Made by a program: the position numbers and the translations under genes. The notes beneath the pieces are model-generated. The model was not told where the DNA came from. It did not search any database and worked only from the letters and a program-made list of their open reading frames with translations. From Roseinatronobacter sp. (lineage in GTDB: Bacteria > Pseudomonadota > Alphaproteobacteria > Rhodobacterales > Rhodobacteraceae), in the NCBI GenBank assembly GCA_046296275.1, contig JBKBLP010000007.1, forward strand, positions 33,268 to 97,267: DNA of 64,000 nt, given 5' to 3'. This document shows positions 1 to 11,100 of this stretch, one piece after another. The number at the start of each line of letters is the position of its first letter. Position 1 is the stretch's first letter.

Positions 1-878
1 GTGACAAATGAACGGTCAATCTTGACGCCCAGTGCCTCCAGCCCCAGCCCTTCGGTATTGGCGACGATCCCAACAGCAGAAATCACAGTGTCAAACACGC
101 GTGTTTCCACCTTGCCTCCGATCTCGATATGGGCTGTCACTTTGGGGGCCGCGCGGTCGAGCTTCTTGACCATCGCTTTCTCTAGAATGGTCATGCCCTG
201 CTTCACGAATTGCTTCTTGGCAAACGCGCTGATTTCCGCGTCTTCGACTGGCAGGATGCGGTCCTGCACCTCGACGACCGTCACATTCGCGCCCAAGGTC
301 TTGAAGAAGCTAGCAAATTCAATCCCGATCGCGCCCGATCCGATCACAAGCAAATCCTTGGGCATCCGCTTGGGTTGCAGCGCGTGTTTGTAGGTCCAGA
401 CAAGATCGCCATCTGCCTCCAGCCCCGGCAATTCGCGCGCGCGTGCGCCGGTGGCCACGATGATCGCAGGCGCCGTCAGTTCGTCCACGCCCTTGTCGGT
501 CTTTACGCTGACCTTGCCCTTTGCAGGCAAGGTCGCATGGCCCATGAACACAGTGATCTTGTTCTTCTTCATCAGATGGCCAATCCCGCCCGACAATTGC
601 CCCGCCACCTTGCGCGAGCGTTTCACAACCGCATCCAGATCGTAGCCGATCTTTTCCGCTGTCAGACCGAATTCGGCCGCGCGGTGCATCAGGTGGAACA
701 CTTCGGCCGAGCGCAGCAGCGCTTTCGTCGGGATACAGCCCCAGTTCAGACAAATCCCGCCCAGATGCTCCCGCTCGACGATGGCAACTTTCTTGCCCAG
801 TTGGGCGGCGCGGATGGCCGCGACATAGCCCCCCGGTCCTGCGCCAATCACGACAACGTCAAAGGAATGGGCGGCCAT
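1..878 (-). CDS. lpdA: dihydrolipoamide dehydrogenase E3 (3' part outside window)
   Basis: Translated by hand from ATG at 878 (RBS GGAGG upstream): MAAHSFDVVVIGAGPGGYVAAIRAAQLG...GGICLNWGCIPTKALL, with FAD GxGxxG and the redox-active CxxxxC motif; absent from the ORF track because it is truncated. Confidence 0.95.
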   Translation of the reverse strand, partial: MAAHSFDVVVIGAGPGGYVAAIRAAQLGKKVAIVEREHLGGICLNWGCIPTKALLRSAEVFHLMHRAAEFGLTAEKIGYDLDAVVKRSRKVAGQLSGGIGHLMKKNKITVFMGHATLPAKGKVSVKTDKGVDELTAPAIIVATGARARELPGLEADGDLVWTYKHALQPKRMPKDLLVIGSGAIGIEFASFFKTLGANVTVVEVQDRILPVEDAEISAFAKKQFVKQGMTILEKAMVKKLDRAAPKVTAHIEIGGKVETRVFDTVISAVGIVANTEGLGLEALGVKIDRSFV

Positions 879-897
879 CGGGTCCTCCTGCGGGGCT

Positions 898-934
898 TTG
901 CGAAATTAGTTTGGCCTTAAACTATTTTTCGCAA
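898..934. promoter_or_regulatory. imperfect palindrome (candidate operator) upstream of lpdA
   Basis: TTGCGAAA-T-TAGTTT-GGCCTT-AAACTA-TT-TTTCGCAA; AT-rich dyad about 20 nt upstream of the start codon. Confidence 0.5.
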
Positions 935-995
935 CCCCGCAACGATCTTGCCGAAACCCCGCCATGCGCCCAGTGCAGACCTTGGGCAAGGCTTG

Positions 996-1598
996 TCAGG
1001 TTGCTTCCAGCTCTCGCACGACCTGGCCATAGCCCCCCGAGCGCAGCCACTCTTGCTCTGCGGGGCTGCTCACCCGTCCCAAAGCCGCGTTGCGATAGGG
1101 GAAACGGCCAAACTGGCGGATAACAGCGCGGTGCGCGCGGGCATGAAGCAAGTTTGACGCGCCCGTTTCCGGCATCCGCAGCAGGAACATCCGCACCGAG
1201 CGGTCCTGATCCATCTGGGTTTCGCTGTGCATCAGCGGCAAATAGAAGAATTGGCGCTGCGGTTCCGGGGTCATGCCGTCAAAGCCCAAATGACAGGCGC
1301 GCGCAGCAACATGCCGTGCGAGTGCATCGGTTGCAAAAGCGCGCGGGTCATTGTCGCGGAACATGTTGCGCGGGAACTGGTCGGTCACGATCAGATAGGC
1401 CAGACAACCTTTCGCGCAGGACGCCCATGCGTTCAGCCGTCCCGCCCGTGCCTTTTCCCAAAGTGCTGCGTAGCGATTGCGGATTTTGTTATCCAGTGCG
1501 GGGTCAGTGGCATACCATCCGGCGGGGCCAACCTCGTTCACCCAGAAGGTGACGATTTCATCGACTGTGGACATCGGGTTTCCTTTTTGCCTGTCCAT
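996..1598 (-). CDS. DUF924 family protein
   Basis: DQFPRNMFR, FFYLPLMHSE and FGRFPYRNAALGR motifs; the start may be the downstream MSTVDE. Confidence 0.85.
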   Translation of the reverse strand: MDRQKGNPMSTVDEIVTFWVNEVGPAGWYATDPALDNKIRNRYAALWEKARAGRLNAWASCAKGCLAYLIVTDQFPRNMFRDNDPRAFATDALARHVAARACHLGFDGMTPEPQRQFFYLPLMHSETQMDQDRSVRMFLLRMPETGASNLLHARAHRAVIRQFGRFPYRNAALGRVSSPAEQEWLRSGGYGQVVRELEAT

Positions 1599-1663
1599 AC
1601 CAAAGAAGCACAGAAAGCTTTTTTGCGCAATAAAATTTCAAAACGCGAACGAAATTTCTAACT

Positions 1664-2905
1664 TTATTTCTGCTCCGCAGCATTCTTGCTCAAGTCGTCA
1701 TAAATGGCACCGACGGTCGCCGGCGAAACATTCGGCGAGACAGGGGCGAATGGCCCGGTTTCTCGGGCACTTGGGCGCTGTGTGCTGCGCCAAAAAGCAT
1801 ACAGTGCCAAGATGGCCGTTAAAATACTGATGAACATAAAGAAGCCGTCCGGTCCGACCCACCCCATCAGCCAGCCGATGACCAAGGGGCCAAGGATCGC
1901 GCCGACGCCATTGGCAAACAGCAAACCGCCCGATGCCGCGGCCATGCTTTCATTGTCCAGAAAGTCGTTGGTATGGGCGACCAGAAGCGAATAAAGCGGG
2001 TTCGACACGCCCCCGATCACCAGTCCCACAAGCAGAAGCCCTGTCAGGCTCGGGTCGCTCAGGACAGGCACGAAGGCTGCAAGTGTACCTCCGATTGCGA
2101 CGATGACCACCAGCTTTCGCCGCTCCATCCGGTCCGAAAGCCAGCCAATCGGATACTGAAAAATCAGCCCGCCCAAATAGATCGCGGCGACAAAGCCCGA
2201 GATTTCGGCCACGCTCAGGCCTGCCTCTACACCCCAGACCGCGGCCATGCCGAAGAGCGCGGAAAAGACCCCGCCCATCAGGAAAATTCCGACAACACCC
2301 AAAGGTGAAATCCGGTAAAGGGCAGAAATGGCGAGCGGTTTCGTATTGGCAAAGGATGGCGCGGGGCTTGCGGTCAGCAGGATTGGCAGGAAGGCAATCG
2401 ACACCAAAACCGACGGGATCACAAACAGCACAAACCCTGCCGGATCGGCCATATTGACAAGCCCCTGCGCGGTGATGATCCCCACCATCTGCACGATCAT
2501 GTAAAGCGACAATGCCTGCCCGCGCGTTTCGTTTGTGGCCGTGTTGTTGAGCCAGCTTTCCGCTGTCACATAGACGCCGCAGAAGCAAAACCCGATGATG
2601 AACCGCAAGACTGCCCAGATCACCCAGTCGGGCAGCGTGGCATAAAGCACGAGGACTGCCGAAATCAGTGTGCCCAGGGCTGCGAAAACACGGACATGGC
2701 CCACGCGCGCAATCATCACCGGGGTCATGCGCGAGCCGAACAGAAAGCCCACGAAATAAGCCGACATCACAATCGACATCTGGAAGGTCGAAAACCCCTC
2801 GATCCCGCCACGTATGCCCAACAGGGTGCCTTGCAGCCCGTTGCCCACCATCAGCAGCATCAGGCCCAACAGAAGTGCCCAGGACGAGGACAGGACTTTC
2901 AGCAT
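1664..2905 (-). CDS. MFS transporter (YcaD-like)
   Basis: 413 aa with about 12 hydrophobic segments; GWLSDRMERR MFS loop motif and ESWLN motif. Confidence 0.9.
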   Translation of the reverse strand: MLKVLSSSWALLLGLMLLMVGNGLQGTLLGIRGGIEGFSTFQMSIVMSAYFVGFLFGSRMTPVMIARVGHVRVFAALGTLISAVLVLYATLPDWVIWAVLRFIIGFCFCGVYVTAESWLNNTATNETRGQALSLYMIVQMVGIITAQGLVNMADPAGFVLFVIPSVLVSIAFLPILLTASPAPSFANTKPLAISALYRISPLGVVGIFLMGGVFSALFGMAAVWGVEAGLSVAEISGFVAAIYLGGLIFQYPIGWLSDRMERRKLVVIVAIGGTLAAFVPVLSDPSLTGLLLVGLVIGGVSNPLYSLLVAHTNDFLDNESMAAASGGLLFANGVGAILGPLVIGWLMGWVGPDGFFMFISILTAILALYAFWRSTQRPSARETGPFAPVSPNVSPATVGAIYDDLSKNAAEQK

Positions 2906-2976
2906 GGATGCGGGCTTTCGGTTCAGGGTGGGGCGACTTTAGGGCAGGGCGGGGCGCATGGCCATCCGCAAAGCGC

Positions 2977-4032
2977 CTATTTTTGCGGCAAAAGCAGGGA
3001 CGAGTCGCCGTAGGAAAAGAACCGATATTCCTGCGCGATCGCATGGGCATAGAGGACGCGAATGCGCTCCGGCCCCATCAGCGCGGATACCAGCATCATC
3101 AGCGTGCTTTTGGGCAGGTGGAAGTTGGTCATCAAACCATCGGCAATCTGGAACTGGAAGCCGGGTGTAATGAAGATATCGGTCTTGCCGGTCCATGCAC
3201 TGATCTGGCCGAGGCCTGTCGCCGCGGTTTCGACCAGCCGCAGGGCCGTCGTGCCCACCGGGATCACGCGGCGCCCATCGCGCTTGGCGCGGGTGATGGT
3301 GTCCGCCGCAGGGGCGGTGACATTGCCCCATTCCGAATGCATTTTATGATCGCGCACATCGTCCACTTTGACAGGCAGGAAGGTACCTGCGCCGACATGA
3401 AGTGTAACCTCGACAAACTCTACACCAAGGGCGCGCAACTCGGCCAGAAGCGCATCATCGAAATGCAGGCTGGCTGTGGGGGCAGCAATTGCACCCCGGT
3501 CGCGGGCGAAGATCGTCTGGTAATCGTCGCGGTCCTGCGCATCGGCGGCCCGCTTGCCCGCAATGTAGGGGGGCAGGGGCATCTGACCGGCCGCATCCAG
3601 CGCGGCGTCAAAATCCGGCCCGCTTAGAGTGAAGCGCAAGGTCACATCCTCTAGGCCCTTAGCCACCACATCGGCTTGCAGGGCATCCGTGAAGACGATC
3701 CGCTCACCTTGGGCCAGCTTGCGAAGCGGCTTGGCCAAGGCCAGCCAATCCCCACCGGGCAGAGGTTCCAGAAGCGTGACCTCCACGCGCGCGGTTGCGT
3801 CCCCTTGCGCCGTGGCGCGCGTGCGCGTGCCAAACAGTCGCGCCGGGATCACGCGGGTCGTGTTCACCACCAGCACATCGCCCGCGCGCAGGATTTGGGG
3901 CAGGTCGCGCACATGCCGGTCCGCGATGCCCCCGCCTTGCGCCAGAAGCATCCGCGCCGCAGGGCGGGGTTTGACGGGCCGCGTGGCGATCAAGTGCTCG
4001 GGCAGGTCGAAATCGAAATCGGACAGTTTCAT
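2977..4032 (-). CDS. queA: S-adenosylmethionine:tRNA ribosyltransferase-isomerase
   Basis: [55 protein letters not shown]. Confidence 0.97.
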   Translation of the reverse strand: MKLSDFDFDLPEHLIATRPVKPRPAARMLLAQGGGIADRHVRDLPQILRAGDVLVVNTTRVIPARLFGTRTRATAQGDATARVEVTLLEPLPGGDWLALAKPLRKLAQGERIVFTDALQADVVAKGLEDVTLRFTLSGPDFDAALDAAGQMPLPPYIAGKRAADAQDRDDYQTIFARDRGAIAAPTASLHFDDALLAELRALGVEFVEVTLHVGAGTFLPVKVDDVRDHKMHSEWGNVTAPAADTITRAKRDGRRVIPVGTTALRLVETAATGLGQISAWTGKTDIFITPGFQFQIADGLMTNFHLPKSTLMMLVSALMGPERIRVLYAHAIAQEYRFFSYGDSSLLLPQK

Positions 4033-4119
4033 GGGCCACCTTTGGGTCGCGGCCCCTTTAACTTGGGCCAGATACGACTACAACAAGCGCAACGAAAATG
4101 TGAGCAAACGAGGTATCTC

Positions 4120-4581
4120 ATGCTGTCCACCGGCGATCTGGCCCCCGATTTCACCCTGCCACGCGATGGCGGCGAGATGGTCAACTTGTCTAGCCTGAAG
4201 CCGCAACAGGTTGTGCTCTATTTCTACCCGCGCGATGACACGCCCGGTTGCACTGTCGAGGCGCTGGAATTCACAGCCTTGGCCTCCGAATTTGCCGCAG
4301 CAGGGGCGGCTGTCATCGGGATCAGCAAAGACCCGATCAAGAGCCACGACAAATTTGTGGCCAAGCACAGCCTTGGCATTACGCTGGTGTCGGATGCCGA
4401 AAGCGATTTGTGCGAGCGCTACGGGGTCTGGGTCGAAAAGAGCATGTATGGCAAGACCAGCATGGGGATCGAGCGCGCGACATTTCTGGTGGATGGCGAA
4501 GGTAAGCTCAAGCGCATCTGGCGCAAGGTCAAAGCCCAAGGCCACGCCGCCGAGGTGCTGGATGCTGTGCGCAGCGCATGA
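4120..4581 (+). CDS. bcp: thioredoxin-dependent peroxiredoxin (BCP/PrxQ)
   Basis: ATG at 4120 after GAGG; APDFTLP...VVLYFYPRDDTPGCTVEA motif. Confidence 0.93.
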   Translation: MLSTGDLAPDFTLPRDGGEMVNLSSLKPQQVVLYFYPRDDTPGCTVEALEFTALASEFAAAGAAVIGISKDPIKSHDKFVAKHSLGITLVSDAESDLCERYGVWVEKSMYGKTSMGIERATFLVDGEGKLKRIWRKVKAQGHAAEVLDAVRSA

Positions 4582-5387
4582 TCACGTTGCGAGATATGGC
4601 GGTGGACGTTCTGACCACCGCCGATGGGCGGGCAAAGACCGCCCTTTCCCGCCAACATGCAGCGACGTGGTTTGCCGCGCGCAAAGCGGAGCAGGCGCTG
4701 GCCGTCGGTCGCGCTGAGCCCCCTTTGCGGCCTGCTCGGCCTGCGCAGCCTGAACTCCTCGACCCCCGCGACGTTCCGCGCCGCAGGCCCGGCTCACCTC
4801 AAGGTCGCATCGCGCTTTTGCACGCCATTGCGCATATCGAGTTGAACGCAGTTGATCTGCACTGGGACATGGTCGCGCGCTTTCCAGATGTGGATATGCC
4901 GCTTGGGTTTTTCGACGACTGGGTGAAGGCGGCGGATGAAGAATCCAAACATTTCAATCTGGTCTGCGATTGCTTAGAAGCGCGTGGCAGCGCCTATGGC
5001 GCGCTGCCCGCCCATGCGGGCATGTGGCGCGCTGCCGAAGATACTGTGGGCGACATTCTGGGCCGGTTGGCCGTGGTGCCCATGGTGCTGGAAGCGCGGG
5101 GCCTCGATGTCACCCCCGGCATGATCGATATTTTCACCAAGGCGGGCGACGCCCAAGCTGTCGCAGCCCTGCAAATCATCTATGCCGAGGAAGTGGGCCA
5201 TGTGGCCTATGGCTCAAAATGGTTCAACTTCCTCTGCGGGCGGCAGGGGTTGGACCCGCAGCCGGTCTTTCTGGACCTTGTGCGGCGTTACTTCCATTCG
5301 CCACTCAGGCCCCCGTTCAACGAGGAAAAGCGTGCGCAAGCAGGATTGCCGCCCGATTTTTACTGGCCGCTGACAGAACCTGCGTAA
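4578..5387 (+). CDS. ferritin-like DUF455 family protein
   Basis: LLHAIAHIELNAVDL, DEESKHF, LEARGLD, EEVGHV di-iron-type ExxH motifs; ATGA overlap with bcp. Confidence 0.88.
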   Translation: MITLRDMAVDVLTTADGRAKTALSRQHAATWFAARKAEQALAVGRAEPPLRPARPAQPELLDPRDVPRRRPGSPQGRIALLHAIAHIELNAVDLHWDMVARFPDVDMPLGFFDDWVKAADEESKHFNLVCDCLEARGSAYGALPAHAGMWRAAEDTVGDILGRLAVVPMVLEARGLDVTPGMIDIFTKAGDAQAVAALQIIYAEEVGHVAYGSKWFNFLCGRQGLDPQPVFLDLVRRYFHSPLRPPFNEEKRAQAGLPPDFYWPLTEPA

Positions 5388-5568
5388 CCTCACGGAATAG
5401 TTGCAGATTACCGGATGCTTTTGTCTCAATCGGCGGGAATTCGCGCATTTTGCGATCCAGCCCTGATGTGGCCCTGCAACAGTCCGATTATTTGTTGCGG
5501 CGCAGGGGGTGCTCTTTTACGAGTCTGCACGACCCAGTCCCTGTGGGATGTCCTGACGGAAAGACCTT

Positions 5569-6912
5569 GTGACCCGATTCTTCATCCGCCTGAACCACCG
5601 GCTAGAACGCCATTTGCCAGAACAGCGTTTGTTCCTGCGGTCTGATACGACCACCCGCTTTGTTCGGTTGCACCCCTTGACCCAAGCGCTCGCGATTGGG
5701 GCAACGACGCTCTTTTTTGCTTGGGGTGTGATTGCGACCTCTATCTTGTTGATGGATGCGATTGGTTCGGGAAATCTGCGTGATCAGGCCGTCCGCGATC
5801 AGGCGACATATGAACAGCGCTTGAATGAACTGGCCTTGGAACGCGACCAACGCGCCAAAGAGGCCGAGGCCGCCCAAACCCGCTTCACCGAGGCGATGGG
5901 CCGGATTTCCGAAATGCAGTTGCAGCTTCTTTCGTCCGAGCAACGGCGGCTGGAGCTGGAAACCGGTATAGACACGATCCAGACCACTATTCGCCGCGTC
6001 GTGCGTGAACGCGACGAGGCGCGCACGCGGCTGGCCGAGATGACATCGACCCTGCGCGCCGAAACTGGTTCGACAATGACAACCGAGGATCGCGCACGCG
6101 AAACAACCGAGATGCTCGACTATCTGCTGGTCGCCGTCGATAAGCTGAGCATCGAGAACTTCCAGCGCAGCATTGACGCCGAACAGGCGCTGTCGCAAGC
6201 GCAGATGCTCGCGCTTGAAAACGACCTGATGCGCGACCGCAATCACGCGATTTTCACGCAGTTGGAAGAAGCGCTGGACGTCGTCGTCGAGCCCTTGCAG
6301 CGCGTGTTCCGCTCGGCAGGCGTGTCGCCCGACCAGATCCGCCGGCTCGTGCGCCAAGGGGCCAATTCGCAAACCGCCTCTCTGCGACCGCTCTCGGTCT
6401 CTACCTCCGGCGTGATGGCCGCAGGCGAGGATATCAGCCGCGCCAATGCTGTGCTGGGAAAACTGGCCGATCTTCACGCCTACCAGCAGGGCGTCAATCA
6501 ATTGCCTGTGGCGATGCCCGTGCGGGCGGGGGCCGTGCGGCAGACATCCGGCTTCGGGATGCGCCGCCATCCGCTGACTGGGCGCAGCGCGATGCATTCG
6601 GGTTTGGATTGGGCCGGGCCGCGGGGTACACCGATTCTGGCTTCAGCCGACGGGGTGGTAAAGTCCGCGGGCCGCGATGGGGGCTATGGCAATCTTGTCG
6701 TCATCCAGCACGCCTTCGGGATCGAAACCTATTACGCGCATTTGAGCACGATTGACGTGCGCCCCGGCCAAAGGGTATCGCGCGGTCAAAAGATTGGTGG
6801 TATGGGCACCACCGGCGCATCTACCGGCGTGCATTTGCACTATGAAGTGCGAATCGGTGGCCGGGCAGTTAATCCGATTACCTATATAAGGGCTGGACAG
6901 CATGTTTACTAA
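5569..6912 (+). CDS. M23 family peptidase with N-terminal TM and coiled coil (LmdC-like)
   Basis: HSGLD, YAHL and GVHLHYEV M23 zinc motifs; N-terminal membrane anchor; overlaps bactofilin gene. Confidence 0.9.
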   Translation: MTRFFIRLNHRLERHLPEQRLFLRSDTTTRFVRLHPLTQALAIGATTLFFAWGVIATSILLMDAIGSGNLRDQAVRDQATYEQRLNELALERDQRAKEAEAAQTRFTEAMGRISEMQLQLLSSEQRRLELETGIDTIQTTIRRVVRERDEARTRLAEMTSTLRAETGSTMTTEDRARETTEMLDYLLVAVDKLSIENFQRSIDAEQALSQAQMLALENDLMRDRNHAIFTQLEEALDVVVEPLQRVFRSAGVSPDQIRRLVRQGANSQTASLRPLSVSTSGVMAAGEDISRANAVLGKLADLHAYQQGVNQLPVAMPVRAGAVRQTSGFGMRRHPLTGRSAMHSGLDWAGPRGTPILASADGVVKSAGRDGGYGNLVVIQHAFGIETYYAHLSTIDVRPGQRVSRGQKIGGMGTTGASTGVHLHYEVRIGGRAVNPITYIRAGQHVY

Positions 6913-7486
6913 GAGCCGCATAAATGAAGCACCGAAGGCCACGCCGGAGCCCGTAGCACCGCTGAGCGACGCTACGCCGTCGTTCCTGCGCCAGACCATC
7001 GCCGATCAGGCCCCGGCGCATGTGACCAAGACGAAGGTCGCTGCCTCGGTTCTTGGGTCAGATCTGGCAATCACGGGCAATCTGAAAACGACTGGTGATA
7101 TCGTCATCGAAGGCACTGTGGATGGCGACATTCGCGCGCATCTGCTGACGGTGGGCGAAACTGCGACCATCCGGGGCGAGATCGTGGCCGATGACATTGT
7201 CATCAATGGCCGCGTGATTGGTCGTGTGCGGGGCTTGAAAGTGCGGCTGACCTCGTCGGCGCAGGTCGAGGGCGACATCATCCACAAGACCATCGCCATT
7301 GAATCGGGCGCTCATTTCGAAGGCTCTGTCCAGCGTCAGGATGACCCTCTGCAAACCAACCGTGCGGCAGCAGCGGCGGCGTCGCAGTCGGTAGCGTCGG
7401 CCCCGGCCCAGTCGCAGGCCCCGCGCCCAGAATTGTCCGAAGCGGTCAAGAAAGCCGCAGAGCAAAAGAAGAACGCAGGCGTCTGA
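6902..7486 (+). CDS. bactofilin (polymer-forming cytoskeletal protein)
   Basis: ITGNLKTTGDIVIEGTVDGDI...IESGAHFEGSV beta-helix repeats; MFTK N-terminal membrane-targeting-like peptide. Confidence 0.92.
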   Translation: MFTKSRINEAPKATPEPVAPLSDATPSFLRQTIADQAPAHVTKTKVAASVLGSDLAITGNLKTTGDIVIEGTVDGDIRAHLLTVGETATIRGEIVADDIVINGRVIGRVRGLKVRLTSSAQVEGDIIHKTIAIESGAHFEGSVQRQDDPLQTNRAAAAAASQSVASAPAQSQAPRPELSEAVKKAAEQKKNAGV

Positions 7487-7503
7487 TCCAAGACCCTGAC
7501 GTC

Positions 7504-7541
7504 AAAAAGCCGCGCTGGACATATGTCCCGCGCGGCTTTTT
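7504..7541. terminator. bidirectional intrinsic terminator
   Basis: AAAAAGCCGCGC-TGGACATATGTCCC-GCGCGGCTTTTT between convergent bactofilin and yciB. Confidence 0.8.
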
Positions 7542-8152
7542 CATGCCTTGTCGGTGCCCTCAGCCTCGGGCTTGTAGCGCTCGAAAAGTTTCGCTTGCGT
7601 CAGGAAAAATGCAAACAGCGCGACAGGCAGCAGAAACGTGCGGAAATTCACCCAAGCGTCGGTAGACATGGTGCGCCAGACGATCTCATTCGCGCAGGCC
7701 ATGGCGGCAAACATAAGCGCAAGCCGCCGGGTCAGGATCATCCAGCCTTGCTGCGACAGCGGAAGCGCACCTTCCATCACCAGCGCAAGCCAGCTTTGTC
7801 CGCGGGCCAGGCCAATGCCCAAAAGCACCGCGAAAGTTGCATAAACCGCTGTCGGCTTCATTTTGAAAAACCGCTCGTCATTCAGCCACACTGTCAGGGT
7901 GCCAAACAAAACCACCATGACCAATGTCACCAATTGCAGCCGCGACAAACGGCCCGTCAAACGCCACAGCGCGAAAGTCGCGAGCGCCATCACCGGAATG
8001 AAAGCAGCGGTCAACAGGATAAAGGCGGAATAGTTTTGGCCCGCGATCGTGTAGGTTTGCCCGCGCGTGCTGACATAACCAAGGAAAAACATCAGCACAG
8101 GGCCGAATTCGAGCGCGATCTTGATCGCGGGGGCGACGGGTTTTTCAGTCAT
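7541..8152 (-). CDS. yciB: inner membrane protein YciB (intracellular septation protein A)
   Basis: LEFGP, FGTLTVWLNDERFFKMKPT, NEIVWR...WVNF motifs. Confidence 0.92.
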   Translation of the reverse strand: MTEKPVAPAIKIALEFGPVLMFFLGYVSTRGQTYTIAGQNYSAFILLTAAFIPVMALATFALWRLTGRLSRLQLVTLVMVVLFGTLTVWLNDERFFKMKPTAVYATFAVLLGIGLARGQSWLALVMEGALPLSQQGWMILTRRLALMFAAMACANEIVWRTMSTDAWVNFRTFLLPVALFAFFLTQAKLFERYKPEAEGTDKA

Positions 8153-8172
8153 TTCGGTATGCTTTCAATGGG

Positions 8173-11100
8173 TTAAGATGCAATGCGCAGCACAACATCA
8201 CGCCCGCGCCGATTGTAGCGTAGCTCACTGTCGCCAATGGCGGTCACTTGCCCGTCATCAAGCCGTTCCCCAACCCGAACGGTCACAACGCGCCCATTCG
8301 ACAGCCGCACCAGCGCGCGGCGGTTGGCATTGGTTCCCATCACGCCGATCAAGTTGACCTGACGCAAGTTGATCGCGCGAGCCTGTGTCGCCTCGCGCGC
8401 GACCGAGGTCGCCGTGGGCAGGTTGGGCATTGCCGCGACCGCTGCACTCGCGGTCTGGACAGGTTCCGGCACAGGCGGCGGGACAGCAGCAATACTGGCC
8501 GGAGGCGTCGTTACGCGTGGCCGCTGTGCTGTCACAGCAGCAAGACTGCGCTGCACGATTTGGGCAAACCGCGATGGTTTGTCAGCCGGGCGTGGGGAAG
8601 CTGCTACTGCTTGCGTGGTGGCCCTTGAAAAATCTCGGGCAGGTTCGGGTTCCGGGGCGCTGCGGATCAGATCGCTTGGGCGCGGCGCGGGACGCATCAG
8701 CGCAGACAGCAAAACCCCGCCCGGAGGGGGCAGGGCGGCATTGGCATCGGGAAGCGCTGCGGATTCTACGGAAACGGGCGGGTCTGGCTGTTCGGGGGCT
8801 TCGCCAGCGCGGCGCGACGGAACAACGACCGGCCTGGCCTGAATGACCACGATTTCCAGTGACTCCTCGGTCAAGGCGTCGGGTGGTGGGGCTGCAACGA
8901 AACCAAGCGTTGCGGGGATTGCAGCCTGATCCAACCGTTGCTCCAGTTCAGCGCGCGCGTCGTTTGGCTGCGCCGAAAGTGTCAGGGCAGTCGCAGTGTC
9001 AGCGCGTGGCGCAAAGTTCGGCGGTGTTACAGGCGGTCCCGCGTCCATGACTGCGATGACCAAGCTGTCCTCGGTGGCCGCGGCAGAAGCTTGCTTAGCT
9101 TCTGTGGCCACATCAGGTGCGCTGGCCATGTCACTGGTCGCGGGCGGGAGCGCCAAGGCTGCGTCCTGCTCTGCCTCAGTGGTTTCGGGTTGCGAGAAGC
9201 GTGCAGGTTTTGCAGGCGGACGCGACGGCGGGCGGCCTGCCTGCACCCGAATGTCAAGCTCCTGTTCAGCGTCTGGCCCCTGCGCATCTGGCAGCGGGGT
9301 GTCAGTGTCAAGGGCCAGATCAGTGGTCGCGGCTTCCTGTGGCGCCGCTTCAGCCGCGCGCACAGGCGGTAATGGCTCTGTCCCGAAGGGCGCCGGCGGG
9401 TTGGGGGCTGAGAAGGGCTGGGACAAATCGTCGGGCAATTGCACACTATTCGAGCGGATTTCAGCGAGTTGCCCGGCGCGGCTTGTCTCGGCCAAATCGG
9501 CGATGCCAGCTTCTGCTGTGTCGGGGGTCGCGCTCTGGCTTGGTGTTGGTCCCCCGCTTGCATCCGGCGGCGTCACCGGGGCGGGCGTGCTTGCCTCATC
9601 TGAGGGTGTGCCGGGCAAAACCATTCCGTCACTGCCGTCTTCGATCGGACGCTCGGCTTCGGCGGCATCATCCGCGCCCAGGGCGGCTTCGATGGCGGCC
9701 AGATCATCGGTTGGGTCTGTATCGCGCTCGGCCACATCTTCGGGCAGGGCAATCGGTGCCAGAATTGCCGCAGCCTCGCGCGGCGGCTCGGGCAATTCGG
9801 CTTGATCCGTGGGCCGGGCCAAGAAATAGAGCGCCCAAATCGCTGCAGCCACCAGAACAAGCAAGCTGCCGCCCGCAACCAGTAGCGCCCGATTGCGCGG
9901 CGCGTCAGGGGAAATCGCCGCGCCGCGTGCCCCAAATACGGTCATGCGCTCTGCTTCGGTCGTGCGAGATGGGATTGTCTGTCCTTGCACGCGGCGCAGC
10001 GTCTCGATCGGGCTGAGCTGGGACGGGGGGGGGAGGGCGGACGACGTGTCTGGCAGCACCTTTTCTGAAACTGCCGCAGGCGCAGCAGGTTTGGGCTGGG
10101 CAGGTACGGGCTTCGTCGTCACGTCGGCCGCAGACCGCAACCGCGCAAGGGTTGCGTCCGGGGTCTCGATCAGGTCGGGGGTCTTGTCGCGCGCCTGCGG
10201 CAGGGCTTTGCGCAGCGCGTCGCTTACGGACTTGATTTGCGCTGCGATTGTCGCGCGACTGGATGTCAGCTTGGCCTGAGCGAGTTTGACAACATCGGGT
10301 TTCTCCGCAGCCGCGCTGGGCCTGGGCGACGGTGTTGCGGTGGTCGTTTTCTGTTTAGCCTCGGTCGCAGGTTCAGGGACAGGGGCATCGGTCGTCCCAC
10401 GGCGCGAGCGGAAAGCAGCGCTCGTATCTGCCGCGTTTGCGGTGGGCGCGGGATTATCCTTGGGCTGCTCAGCTTTGGGCAGGGCGTCAGCTACCGGCCT
10501 CTCAGTCTTATCTCGCGCCACAGTGACTTTGGGCTGTTCCGGCTTTGGTGTATCAGCCAGCTTTGCCTGCTTCGTGGGTTTTGCGGCGTCAGTCGCATCC
10601 GAAGCGGTATTCTGCGTGACCTTGACCTGAGCAGGTTCAGCAGGCCCTTCGATAGGTTCCGGCTTTGGCGGGGCTACAGGGGCCTCGTTCTTTGGTGCAG
10701 GCGGAGGAACCGGAGTTGCGGGAATGTCAACCTTCGGCACGGATGGTTTGGGCGCAGGCATCCGTGCGATGCCTGTTTCACGCAAAACTGCAGGGTCGCG
10801 GGTGATTGCTTCGGGCGTCATGCCCATGGCACGCGCGCGCCGGGTCAGGCCCAGAAACGGCTCGCCGCGGAAGCCCGGCGCGGGCACGGCGGCGACAAAG
10901 CAGACGGGGTTCAGGCCATTGTCGGTGGCGAAATCCTCGGCCTCGATCAGCGTTTCGCGGGCAGTGACGACAACGGCCACATCGCTGCTCGCGCCGGACC
11001 AGTCGAAGACGAGTTCTTCCACGGGGAACGGCGTGCGCCCTGCCAGCGACGCCCGGATCTGGTTGGCTTGCGCGTTCGCACCGGGGCCGGGCGCATGGGC

